A stretch of DNA of 64,000 bases from Pseudobdellovibrionaceae bacterium (GTDB lineage: Bacteria > Bdellovibrionota > Bdellovibrionia > Bdellovibrionales > UBA1609): positions 28,873 through 92,872 of the forward strand of contig JAUVAX010000001.1 of assembly GCA_030591685.1 (NCBI GenBank), given 5' to 3'. The first letter of the stretch is position 1, and every line of letters begins with the position of its first letter. A program made the translations under genes and the position numbers. The notes beneath the pieces were generated by a model, which made no database searches, was not told the origin of the DNA, and worked only from the letters and a program-made list of their open reading frames with translations. Below, piece by piece: positions 28,001 through 36,979 of the stretch.

Positions 28001-28175
28001 CTTCAGGTGAGGAGCCCGGGTACACTGTCGTCACAAACGCCTTTGCCAACTCTATGGCTGGATAGGACTCTCTATTTAAAGATTTTAACCCCATAACTCC
28101 CACTACCATTAAAAAAACAACGATAGAAAAAGAAAGTCTATAGTTTTGAATAAAAAAACGAAATATGCTTTTCAC
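25077..28175 (-). CDS. RND efflux transporter permease (AcrB/HAE family)
   Basis: 1032 aa with 12-TM/two-large-loop RND architecture. N-terminal FFIQNYRLSFSIVVFLMVVGVMG...YPAIELAKAFVTTVYPGSSPEEVE is typical. Confidence 0.9.
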   Translation of the reverse strand: MKSIFRFFIQNYRLSFSIVVFLMVVGVMGLKSLNRESYPAIELAKAFVTTVYPGSSPEEVEEKITKKIEDEIRTVSGVKDVRSVSQSGLSKIFIRVDMDNANTKEVMGELQRAVEKTDGLPDGILEDPSFDTLSSSEFPVIEVGVTGSNKGRARDRVAHDLKSLLEDVKGVAEVRYLGFKNREFQILLNQKKMDQHHVGIQEVFLAVKKRTQNIPAGYIKNSKNQMLVRVQGQVHSAAEMGDIVVRSNFENKKVLVSDIATVVDGDEESSILTSIDGSQSTLLTVIKKSTSDAVSTATLVINKINEFERTLKPGYKLTVYRDESVKVSNKLSIVVNNALTGMVLVLLIMFLFLPGKMGLVAAISLPVSVMATIGFISLLGVTLNTVTMLALVISIGMLVDNAVVISENYARLRQSGLDNFNAALRGAHQFWVPISLTVATTMASFAPMLVTKGIMGQFVKFIPIVVIVSLSVSLFESFFLLPARLQFTLKSTQKEGNKRADNWFSKFRVLFEKFMIIAVKKRYTVLVSFTLLLVSSLLLAVFGNRFELFPSEGIDYYFARYETPVSTSLEETQLRGDMLVKEINKKLGNKLVKNQVLQVGFQKTGFTDPNEKSGDNVGMVTVVIHPEVAETLNVQSVLKKLREIKKGSLKSLSFEQKVNGPPIGKPINVTFRSNNRVHLNELVSELKDSLVKIDGIVDVQDDVILGGKEYQIQLDYSMLSRLGLSTEDIGVAIRTALQGAVASELNMDNEDFDLRIKYNKVDRANIDSLKRAKVMTKTGRLIPLSSVAKVVEVQGPSVKKHLDFQPSITVTAEVIPEVITSILANNRTLEVFTGLKEKYPSVTVYFGGEQESTKESIESLFKAMGLAIFGIFTILLILFSFTESFLVLSSIPLGLVGVSFAFFVHGKPLGFFALIGVVGLAGVVVNSAIVLMSYIKDLKNEDSNQENLLAKASANRLRAVLVTSLTTVGGLMPTAYGFGGHDPILVPMTLALAWGLASGTILTLIWVPCAYAIIDDVKCLFLKMRNQRSKSY

Positions 28176-28188
28176 TGGCGCTGATCCT

Positions 28189-29610
28189 CTAGTTTGATTT
28201 AATTAAGTTGTCTTGATTTGCGGCAAGTCTATTTAAAGATATAAAATAATTGCCCATAGCTATAATCCTCTGGGTCTCCGACTTGAAGTAATTGTTAAAG
28301 CTTAATGTTAAATCAGAGATGGGGATACGGCCCTGCCCATATGCTCTTTCTTTTTGTCGGACAGCTTTTTTTCGAAGCTGTGCCGTTTTAACAGCACTTT
28401 TAGCAATTTTATAATAAGCATTCACACTCCTGAAAATTTGTGCAGATTGATTTATCAATTCAGCTCTTGATCTCTCCCCTTCAAGCTCGGCAAGGCGGGC
28501 TTTGGCCTCTCTCCGAGCCCGCTCAGCGCGCACCCCATGAGAGTTTATGGCCGTTTTAAACTCAAGTCCAATAAAGTACTTGGGGTGAGAACCCGCCGTC
28601 ATCTCTGAAAAGGCCCTCGACGCCGCGCTGTCCACACCCACATTAGTCGCCTTTATTACAAGATCTAAAACGGGCAAGCCTTCCCATAGAGCTGAATTTT
28701 TTGAAATAGTCGCGTTATCTATATCTAAACGGTCCATCTTTACTTTTCTTAAACCTGACAGCATAAAAGAGGGGTTCGATGGAGGAGCCGGCAAATGAGC
28801 ATCAACCTTAAACTCAACATCCCCTCTTTTTTCAAACTTAATCAAAGTCAGCAGTAAATCTAAAGAATGCAGGTAATTTGAGGACATTTTTTTTACATTC
28901 TGGTCCTGTACCTCGTACTCAGCTTCGACGCTATAAAGTTCACCCTTATCAACATAACCCACTTTTGCTTTCTTTCTCATGCTCTTTACTAGGCTATAAT
29001 ATTTATCTCTAGCCCGTATGGCTTGATTTAAAGTTTGCTTTGCAACATAGGCTTGCCAGTACGTGCTTAAAGCACTCAGTACTAACTCTTCTAATCGTTC
29101 ATCCCTTAAGTGTGTTGATTTAATAAGGTTATTTTTTACTATTTCTTGATTCATTCTGTCAGATTTACCAATAAAATTATTTAATAAACTCTGACGTACA
29201 GAGATCCCGGCTTCGATAGAGTCCATACTCGGGGACCTCAGATTAGATGAAAATGGGGATAAAATACTTTTCTGATTGAGCTTTGTATAAAATAATCCAA
29301 ACGTCGTTCCAAATTTATTTTTTTTACTTAAATCAATAGTCAATAAATTTGTTATGTCACTCACGTTAGAGAACCCTGTGATGCTTTCAACCTGGCTGTC
29401 TTCTTTGGAAACCCGAGCCCCTAATGAAAAATCAAATTGAGATTCAAAAAAATCATCTTCGAGTTGTTCATTACCGAAGGACTTAATAATGATCTGCTTT
29501 TGTATACTTTTATCTAACACTCTGTCGACGATGACCTGTTGGCTTAACTCTATTTTAGCAAATGAGTTTTGCGAGATCATTAGCATTAATAATATTACTG
29601 TTTTAGTCAC
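28189..29610 (-). CDS. TolC-like outer-membrane efflux protein
   Basis: Signal peptide. Two OEP-type coiled repeats (LSALSTYWQAYVAKQTLNQAIRARDKY, RAELINQSAQIFRSVNAYYKIAKSAVKTAQ). Confidence 0.8.
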   Translation of the reverse strand: MTKTVILLMLMISQNSFAKIELSQQVIVDRVLDKSIQKQIIIKSFGNEQLEDDFFESQFDFSLGARVSKEDSQVESITGFSNVSDITNLLTIDLSKKNKFGTTFGLFYTKLNQKSILSPFSSNLRSPSMDSIEAGISVRQSLLNNFIGKSDRMNQEIVKNNLIKSTHLRDERLEELVLSALSTYWQAYVAKQTLNQAIRARDKYYSLVKSMRKKAKVGYVDKGELYSVEAEYEVQDQNVKKMSSNYLHSLDLLLTLIKFEKRGDVEFKVDAHLPAPPSNPSFMLSGLRKVKMDRLDIDNATISKNSALWEGLPVLDLVIKATNVGVDSAASRAFSEMTAGSHPKYFIGLEFKTAINSHGVRAERARREAKARLAELEGERSRAELINQSAQIFRSVNAYYKIAKSAVKTAQLRKKAVRQKERAYGQGRIPISDLTLSFNNYFKSETQRIIAMGNYFISLNRLAANQDNLIKSN

Positions 29611-30344
29611 TACTTAAACTCCCCGGTCATCCCTAGGTACATATTATTATTTTGAACATCAACACTTTCTTTGCTGGCAAACTTAACCTTATTTTTATAA
29701 GACAATTTAATATAAACATTTCTATAAAGATTAATTTTTGCATAAACCCCAATGCTGGCAAATATTGTATTTGCCGAAGCAGAGGCCAACAACGGGCTTT
29801 TGTGCTCTATGTATAAAAGCCCCAGTCCAAGCTCTGCCCCTAAATGATACTTCTTATATTTTAAATTTCTATACTCATAGTAAGGCCCCGTGGTCAGTTC
29901 ATATAAGGACAATTGAGAGCTCTCAATATACTGGCCCTCAGCTTCAATTGATATATCTTGCGCTAAATACCCCAGAGCAATAAAGGTCCCAAAGTCACCA
30001 CTCCTCCATGGCTCACCCCACCTCACATCAAGTGTAGACAAAGCTCCCTTGCTGAGACTCCCTAGGTGAATAGGCTTATAACCTCTTAAGTTTAAAAAAC
30101 CCTGTGGCCTATATAATTGCGCCTCATAGCCTATTGAAAAATTCGTCGTCCTAGCCGCCTTAACTTTCGGTCCATAGGCTTTTACAGCACCAACAGCTAT
30201 GCTTGGCCGAGTGCCGTTTTTTGAGGCTTGAAAAATGTGGGCCAGCTCATTTTCTGCCGCGGCCTTCAAATCTATGTTTTTATTAATCACTGCCCAACAA
30301 TTTTGCCCAAAGCCTGCTAGTAAAATAAAAATTATTGCTTTCAT
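29610..30344 (-). CDS. Predicted small OM beta-barrel protein, function unknown
   Basis: Signal peptide (ILLAGFGQNCWA). Alternating Y/G strands (YHLGAELGLGLLYIEH, FASIGVYAKINLY, YIKLSYKN). Confidence 0.5.
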   Translation of the reverse strand: MKAIIFILLAGFGQNCWAVINKNIDLKAAAENELAHIFQASKNGTRPSIAVGAVKAYGPKVKAARTTNFSIGYEAQLYRPQGFLNLRGYKPIHLGSLSKGALSTLDVRWGEPWRSGDFGTFIALGYLAQDISIEAEGQYIESSQLSLYELTTGPYYEYRNLKYKKYHLGAELGLGLLYIEHKSPLLASASANTIFASIGVYAKINLYRNVYIKLSYKNKVKFASKESVDVQNNNMYLGMTGEFK

Positions 30345-31654
30345 TTTAAGTCCTCTTCTATAAAAGAAGGTTCATAGCATTCATTTTGACTTAGCCTTCT
30401 CCATGTGGAGCTCTTTTTTTCTGCCCTAAAAAGTGATCGCTTAGATCCATTAAAAAAAACTGAATATATCGAGCTGCTTTTTTTATTGGGCCAATGTATG
30501 CGGGGCAAAACTTTTGCACCTCTAGTTTTACTAAAAGTGTACTGAAAACTCTGGTTCAACTTTAAAGAGAAGTCGCTATTGTTAGTGTAAAGTATATAAT
30601 TATTTAAAAAAAATGTTTCTGCATTGTCTTCAGCACCTGGGGTTGAAAACAAATGAAGCTCAGGCTCCCCCTTCTCAACGCTTAAAAACAAATGTGGTAA
30701 AAACAATTTTTCTAAGTCATATGACCTCACCTGATTTATACTCACATCATAATAAATAATTCGAGGAGCTGAGCCCTTTTTGTAATCTAGCCAGAGTAAT
30801 TGGTGACCAAGGAGCTGTCCTTGAATCTGACTAAAGCTATTTTGAGAACCAATATTTTGAGTGCTTAAAACGTGAGAGATCTCAAACCCTTTAGTCCACT
30901 TAAAAAATGACTGCCGAAGACTCTCAGACTGATCACCTTTAGATACAGAGTCGAAAACTATATATTTCCCCTCTTCACTCCACCTCTCTTCGCCGAGAAG
31001 GCGTGGATTAAAATAAAACTGAGGATTTAAGTCAAGAGTCCGAATAATCTTATTTTTTATAAAATTATAAATAACATACCCCTCTGACTCTCCTCCCACA
31101 CGCTTTGAAGAGTGCGGGACAAGGATATGTTCAGCATCAAGCTTTAAATAAAAATAAGGCTCTTCGTGAGTTACTTTTTTTAAGGCACGATTAATATTAG
31201 AACTTAATGTAACGACCCCTGAAATCTTTTTTGCCACACCACGGCCCATGAGCGTATCTATACGTGCCAAAAAAATACCCTGATGCGACGGGGGCCCCGC
31301 CCACTCCTTGTTCTGAAAAACAACAAGGGCTTTGTAGTTTTTAATTATTAGAGGCAGAGGTCGTGTGACCCCTGAAACCTCCTCAAAGCCCTTTTTATCA
31401 ACAAAAATATGTAGATTTTTTGCAAAAGCGCTCGAGTCCGTCGACTCAGAAAGGGTGATCATTCTCCCTGGCTTTGTCACACAAAAAACCCTTAATAAAC
31501 TCATTGAGGGTTTTTTATGGGCATCATTTGTAAATTTATGTTTAAAATTTTTATTAGTCTCTGATTTAACTAAAGCAATAGTTGATTGAGTTTCTGAGCA
31601 GGAGCTCAAAAAAAATTGAAAGGTAAAAACAATGCCTAAAAATACAAATTTCAC
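30341..31654 (-). CDS. Lipoprotein, function unknown, first gene of the RND operon (GTG start)
   Basis: Lipobox FLSSC. 437 aa, beta-rich. No coiled-coil hairpin or lipoyl-like blocks of membrane-fusion proteins are visible. Confidence 0.5.
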   Translation of the reverse strand: MKFVFLGIVFTFQFFLSSCSETQSTIALVKSETNKNFKHKFTNDAHKKPSMSLLRVFCVTKPGRMITLSESTDSSAFAKNLHIFVDKKGFEEVSGVTRPLPLIIKNYKALVVFQNKEWAGPPSHQGIFLARIDTLMGRGVAKKISGVVTLSSNINRALKKVTHEEPYFYLKLDAEHILVPHSSKRVGGESEGYVIYNFIKNKIIRTLDLNPQFYFNPRLLGEERWSEEGKYIVFDSVSKGDQSESLRQSFFKWTKGFEISHVLSTQNIGSQNSFSQIQGQLLGHQLLWLDYKKGSAPRIIYYDVSINQVRSYDLEKLFLPHLFLSVEKGEPELHLFSTPGAEDNAETFFLNNYILYTNNSDFSLKLNQSFQYTFSKTRGAKVLPRIHWPNKKSSSIYSVFFNGSKRSLFRAEKKSSTWRRLSQNECYEPSFIEEDLK

Positions 31655-32168
31655 TATATGTGGAAACCTTTTTTATTGCGCAACGTCAAAATAGTTAAAT
31701 ACTCGATTAACTTTACTGTTTCAACCCTTTCAGGAGCTTCTGCGTTGCGCTACTTAATGTGACTCAAATATACGCCCATGAAACAAGCATTATATGGGGG
31801 CAGCACCTTCAGCTTCTGCCAAACGGCCCGTAAATTATTTTTTTAAACCCTACTCTGTAAACTTGTACTAAAACCTTTTCGGCAGGAGCTTGCTGCCCGC
31901 CTGCAAAACATCGATTTAATGCCACTAGTGATCACACATTTTCTAATATTATAAGTGAGTGATTTAATAGCGCCCTTGAATCTCTTTTTCTTTAAAGAAT
32001 AGATCGCCATTAAGAAATTTATTATAACTTTTAATAAAATATTTCAGCTCGCTCTTTATTTGATCTCATTATCGGAGTGGCGCCTACATGACTCGTTATT
32101 TTTTAACTAAAAATATTTTAATGACAACTCTCAACGGTTCATATAGTGTTTTTTTAGGAGATCTGCAT

Positions 32169-32645
32169 ATGAAAATTCAATTAAAGACATTAAAAATATT
32201 ATGCTTATTTAGTTTAATCACAATACTAGGCCCCTTTGCCTTTGCTAAGAAAAACTTAGGTGTAGGTATTATCCTCGGCAGTCCTACTGGTCTCTCTGCC
32301 AATTATTACACTTCAAGCTCCACTTCAATAGATGTGGCCCTTTCTTTTTCACTTGGTCAAAAAATGATTTTACATATTAATAAATTGTGGCTCTACAACC
32401 GTGGCCTTAACCTTGACGGCTTCGTCGCCGATTGGTTTTGGGGCGTTGGCGGACGTTTAAAAAACATAAATGATAATAGTAATAACCCTGAGACTCAAAT
32501 GGGCCCAAGGGTTGTTATTGGCCTTAATAAATTTATCACAAAAATACCTATTCAACTGTTTGGCGAGCTCGCTCTCACAATGAACATTATCCCCGAAACA
32601 ACTGCTAGTTTTGACTTTGGAATTGGTGCTCGATATTATTTTTAA
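32169..32645 (+). CDS. Small OM beta-barrel protein
   Basis: ATG at 32169 follows AGGAG. Signal peptide ending FAFA. G-rich strands and a C-terminal GIGARYYF. Confidence 0.6.
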   Translation: MKIQLKTLKILCLFSLITILGPFAFAKKNLGVGIILGSPTGLSANYYTSSSTSIDVALSFSLGQKMILHINKLWLYNRGLNLDGFVADWFWGVGGRLKNINDNSNNPETQMGPRVVIGLNKFITKIPIQLFGELALTMNIIPETTASFDFGIGARYYF

Positions 32646-32654
32646 AACAAAAGT

Positions 32655-34904
32655 CTATTGAGTTTTCTTCTCATTTTTTTTAGTGTCATTGCTGGGTTCA
32701 AAGTTGCGGGATTCATAGGGGCATGGCCTCACACTCACAACAGAACATGTCGCCTTTTCTATCAATCGATCTGCTTCACTACCAAAAAGGTGCATCCAAA
32801 AGGTCTGCTTATCCGTGTCACCAAAAATTAACAGGTCATATTCTACTGTGGCAGCAACTATGGCCGCTATGGTGTCTTCTCCTTTTATGATTTGTGTTGT
32901 CGTAGGAGACTGGCAATAACTTTTACCAAGAGCCTGTAAGAGCATCAGTAGGGCATCCTCTTCACGCTGATCAATAGCATCATTAACAACCTTAACAATT
33001 GTTAGCCGAGCCTCATGGGCGCGGGCAATCTGGTCAGCGGTGCTAATAATTAACCGGTCGTGCTCATCTGACTTTGAAATAACCAATACTTTTCGTATAT
33101 AACGAACCCCTGCATCTCTAAAAATGGCGAGATGACAAGAAAGATGGTTTCTAAGCCAACCAACAGGGTTGTGCAGTGTTAAAGCACCCCTTGTTTTTCC
33201 ACCCCATTCGGTAACTAACCACTCACAGTGTAACCGGTAACTGATGTCATAAATGGACTTAAAAATATCATGTGAAACGACGGCATCAAAGGCCACAGGA
33301 GCATTTTGCTTAACACTTAAAGCATTTATCCTTCGACGCAATGACCTTACGTGAGCTGAATCATCGTGAATATCACTGAGTGAAACCTGTTCTGGAACCT
33401 CTGTTAAATGAGTGACCTCAATAAGCTCCCCGGTTGAAAGGGCCGCTGCCATCTCTATAAGAACCTCTGGGGTTCTTTCTTTACCAAACAACGGGACCAC
33501 TGATTTGGCGTGCCTTACAAAGCGAAGCTTCTCAACACGTTTCTGAGAACCAGACTCCTGCTCAAATTCGGCCGTTAAATCTTTACGAGCACCATGTATA
33601 CCTACAACTCCCTTTCTTTTCGTTCTTTTTCTTGCATAGAATATATAAATAAGAAAACCAGGGATACTAATACCTACAATACCTGACACCACAACAGATT
33701 TCATTGAGGTTAATAGTAATATTAAACTCAAAATCCCAAACATTTGAACCCAAGGGTAAAAGGGGGATTTATACCTAGGCTTGTACCATTGAACTCGTGT
33801 TTCTCTCAGAACGATAACGGCAATATTCTCAAACATATAAATAAGTAAAATAAATGAACTGGCTAGTTTTGCTATTTCTTGGACATTAAAAAAGAGGATT
33901 GCATAACCCACTATGCCCCCAGAAATCAATATACTCCACACAGGCGTTAAATATTTTGGACTTAAAGTTCCTAAAAATTTCGGAAGCAAACTATCTCGAC
34001 TCATCGCAAAGGGAAACCGAGACGCGGCCATAACACCAGCATTAGCCATAGACATCATCGTAATAATTGCAACAACCGCCACACACCAACCTATTTTAGT
34101 CCCCCAAAAGAGCTCAGCTAAGGTATGTATAGACCTATAGTTAGAGTGCAGTACAGCTTGAGATAGGTTCGCTGAAAGCACAAAAGTCACAACGCAATAA
34201 ATAATCGTTACAACGAGCAAAGAAAGCAGTATGCCTCGGGGCAGGTTCTTCTCAGGTTCTTTGATTTCTTCGGCAATAGCAGCAACCTTTGTAACCCCTG
34301 CGTACGAAACGAACACCATCCCCGTAGCTACAAAAAAACCACTTAAACCATTACTGTAGTAGGGGTTTAACAATTCAGGATCATAATTTATTGTTCCATA
34401 AAATGATAATATACCCAGGGTAATGACACTTAAAATAACGACAACAATAAGGCTTTTACTGACTTTACCAACGCCTAAAATATTAAGAAAAACTATGAGT
34501 ATGAGTAATGAAATAGGTAATAATTTAGAAATAGGCATCCCTAAAATTGACGACACATTAGTCAAAACAGCCACATAGGCACCGATACCAAATAAAGCAA
34601 AGGCACTTTTTAAAAGTAACGATAACCATAACCCAAGGCCAGCTATCATACCAAACAACGGGCCAAAGGTTCTCTCTAGGTATACATAGGTCCCGCCAGA
34701 GGTGGGCATCGCCGTTGCCAACTCTGATTTAGAGAGCGCCGCCGGCAAGACACATATCCCTGCTGCCAAATAGGCCATCCATGCCGAGGCCCCTGTTTGA
34801 GCAAAAGCAAGACCGGGTAAAACAAAAATTCCACTGCCCAGCATTGAGCTAATACTAATAGAAATAACGGCACCTAAGCCTAAACTACGATCGAGTGATT
34901 TCAA
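32655..34904 (-). CDS. APC-family amino-acid permease fused to tandem universal-stress-protein (USP) domains
   Basis: N-terminal ~440 aa has 12 TM helices with SSMLGSGIFVLPG and TSGGTYVY. C-terminal ~300 aa has two USP-like halves (LIEVTHLTEVPEQ..., VLVISKSDEHDR..., LLIFGDTDKQ). Confidence 0.8.
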   Translation of the reverse strand: MKSLDRSLGLGAVISISISSMLGSGIFVLPGLAFAQTGASAWMAYLAAGICVLPAALSKSELATAMPTSGGTYVYLERTFGPLFGMIAGLGLWLSLLLKSAFALFGIGAYVAVLTNVSSILGMPISKLLPISLLILIVFLNILGVGKVSKSLIVVVILSVITLGILSFYGTINYDPELLNPYYSNGLSGFFVATGMVFVSYAGVTKVAAIAEEIKEPEKNLPRGILLSLLVVTIIYCVVTFVLSANLSQAVLHSNYRSIHTLAELFWGTKIGWCVAVVAIITMMSMANAGVMAASRFPFAMSRDSLLPKFLGTLSPKYLTPVWSILISGGIVGYAILFFNVQEIAKLASSFILLIYMFENIAVIVLRETRVQWYKPRYKSPFYPWVQMFGILSLILLLTSMKSVVVSGIVGISIPGFLIYIFYARKRTKRKGVVGIHGARKDLTAEFEQESGSQKRVEKLRFVRHAKSVVPLFGKERTPEVLIEMAAALSTGELIEVTHLTEVPEQVSLSDIHDDSAHVRSLRRRINALSVKQNAPVAFDAVVSHDIFKSIYDISYRLHCEWLVTEWGGKTRGALTLHNPVGWLRNHLSCHLAIFRDAGVRYIRKVLVISKSDEHDRLIISTADQIARAHEARLTIVKVVNDAIDQREEDALLMLLQALGKSYCQSPTTTQIIKGEDTIAAIVAATVEYDLLIFGDTDKQTFWMHLFGSEADRLIEKATCSVVSVRPCPYESRNFEPSNDTKKNEKKTQ

Positions 34905-35229
34905 TAAAACTCCTTACCTCTTTAAAAAATAACATATAATGAACTATTTAAGAATAAAAGCTAGGCCAAAGCAGACTACTTTTAGACTTTAAGTCTGAAG
35001 AAAAGTTAAAAACAAATTTATAATATTTAATATCGCGTCCCACATTCACCTGAATCAACTCTTCACATGCGTGCTTAAATTTTAAGCCCTCTTGTGCCGC
35101 GCCCCCTTACTATAAGTAGGTATTTTTATTAGGGTTTAGCCCCTTTTTAAAACGGACCAAAAGAGTTTTCCCTAGACAAATCAATGATTAGTACCTAGTG
35201 TAACGCCGTACAAATAAAATGAGGCAAAG

Positions 35230-36888
35230 ATGATTAAAACAATTTTACCAAAAAAATACCAAGAGCCACTCAACTTGGAGCAGTTGATTTTAAAAGACCA
35301 ACCTCAAACCGACGACACCGTACCTATGGATGTATGCTTTGGTGGGGGTGGGCCCGCCGGGCTCGCTGGCGCCATAGAACTGGCACGACTCGTAAAGGCA
35401 GACAATGAAAATGGGGGGTCGCTCGGTGAAATTGAAATTGCTGTGTTAGAAAAAGCCGCCAACTTAGGCGGACATAATCTCTCAGGGGCCGTTGTAAACC
35501 CCGTGGCCTTTAAAGAGCTTTTTCCTGAACTCTCAATATCTGATTTCCCCTTTAAAGGTCCTGTTAATGGGGATGACGTGTACCTCATGACAGAAAAGTC
35601 CCAAATTAAAATACCAGCCCCGCCAACAATGCATAATAAGGGCAATTACCTCGCCTCAATTTGCGAGATCGTAAAATGGTTAGGGGACAAGGCCGAAGGG
35701 TTAGGCATAAATATTTTTACAAACTTTCCGGCGAACAGTTTACTCTCGGAGGGCAAAAAGATCACTGGGATCCGCACGACTCCAGCAGGCCTTGATCGCG
35801 ATGGCCACCCCAGTGGCGAAAGCATGCCCGCTACTGATATTACAGCAAGAGTGACCGTTTTGGCCGAAGGCACAAGAGGCCCCCTCACGCAAGCTTATCA
35901 AGCTTGGCAGCAAATAGCTCCCGACTCACCCCAAATATACGCCCTTGGAGTTAAAGAGCTCTGGAAAGTAAAAAAAGCTCCTCATCATGTCATTCACACT
36001 CTCGGTTGGCCACTACCTAAGGATGTTTTTGGGGGCAGCTTCTGTTACCCTCAGGGACCAAACTCTATTGCCATAGGGCTTGTAGCAGGCCTTGACTATA
36101 AAAATACAAATTTAGACGTTCATAATTTACTACAAAAAATGAAACACCACCCCCTCTTTAAACAATACCTCGAGGGCGGAGAATGCATTGAATGGGGTGC
36201 TAAAACAATACCCGAGGGAGGCTATCACTCCCTTCCCAAAAAACATCATGGCGACGGAATCCTAACCATAGGCGATGCTGTTGGCCTTGTTAACGTACCC
36301 GCACTAAAAGGTATTCATTACGCCATGATGAGTGGGATTTTAGCCGCTCGCACAATATTCAAAGCCCTAAAATCTAAGGACTGTACCAGCGAAATTTTAA
36401 AATCATATGATGAAGATTTTAAAAATAGTTATATTTATAGCGACTTAAAAAAAGTACGTAATATGAGACACGCGTTTAAATCTGGCTTTTACTCAGGCGG
36501 CTTTAAAGCCACGCTCATGAGTTTAACTGGCGGTGCCTTTCCGAACCTCAAAGGCCCATTCAAAGGTGACGAATCAGAAGTGAAAACCGTTCTCCCCGTT
36601 CTCCCCGCCCTACCAAGTGAAGAGGGCCTTAGTAAAGTCGATGCCGTTTACTTGTCTGGGAACAAGACCAGAGACGATATCCCTCAACATTTAAACAGTA
36701 GTTCAGATATCACCCCTGAAGTGGCTGACTTTTACTCCTCCCTTTGCCCCGCTGGTGTTTACGAACAACAAAAGGGGCAGCTTGTGATCAATGGGCCTAA
36801 CTGTGTTGACTGCAAAGCCACTGACGTACTGGGCCCTAGGTGGACGCCACGAGAGGGAGGCAGTGGACCCAATTACCAGAACATGTAA
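35230..36888 (+). CDS. Electron-transfer flavoprotein:ubiquinone oxidoreductase
   Basis: FAD dinucleotide motif GGGGPAGLAGA. C-terminal 4Fe-4S region CPAGVYE...NCVDCKATD and W..PEGGSGPNY.NM. Confidence 0.9.
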   Translation: MIKTILPKKYQEPLNLEQLILKDQPQTDDTVPMDVCFGGGGPAGLAGAIELARLVKADNENGGSLGEIEIAVLEKAANLGGHNLSGAVVNPVAFKELFPELSISDFPFKGPVNGDDVYLMTEKSQIKIPAPPTMHNKGNYLASICEIVKWLGDKAEGLGINIFTNFPANSLLSEGKKITGIRTTPAGLDRDGHPSGESMPATDITARVTVLAEGTRGPLTQAYQAWQQIAPDSPQIYALGVKELWKVKKAPHHVIHTLGWPLPKDVFGGSFCYPQGPNSIAIGLVAGLDYKNTNLDVHNLLQKMKHHPLFKQYLEGGECIEWGAKTIPEGGYHSLPKKHHGDGILTIGDAVGLVNVPALKGIHYAMMSGILAARTIFKALKSKDCTSEILKSYDEDFKNSYIYSDLKKVRNMRHAFKSGFYSGGFKATLMSLTGGAFPNLKGPFKGDESEVKTVLPVLPALPSEEGLSKVDAVYLSGNKTRDDIPQHLNSSSDITPEVADFYSSLCPAGVYEQQKGQLVINGPNCVDCKATDVLGPRWTPREGGSGPNYQNM

Positions 36889-36979
36889 CTGGTCTTTTAT
36901 CCTGCCAGCCTATAGTGCAACTTTTAATTCTAGATACATAACCTTTGAAATAATGAAGGCCTAAAAGTATAATTTAAAA

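Noticed and set aside
31735-31896. AGCTTCTGC at 31735 and 31811 and AGCTTGCTGC at 31887, spaced exactly 76 bp apart. They lie in the ~0.5-kb gap between the RND operon and the small OMP gene, together with GGCAG...CTGCC hairpins.
   Set aside because: One exact 9-mer pair within a 500-bp region is expected by chance at roughly even odds (about 1.25e5 pairs x 4^-9). The flanks do not align, so I cannot support a real repeat or RNA element. The long gap itself remains unexplained.
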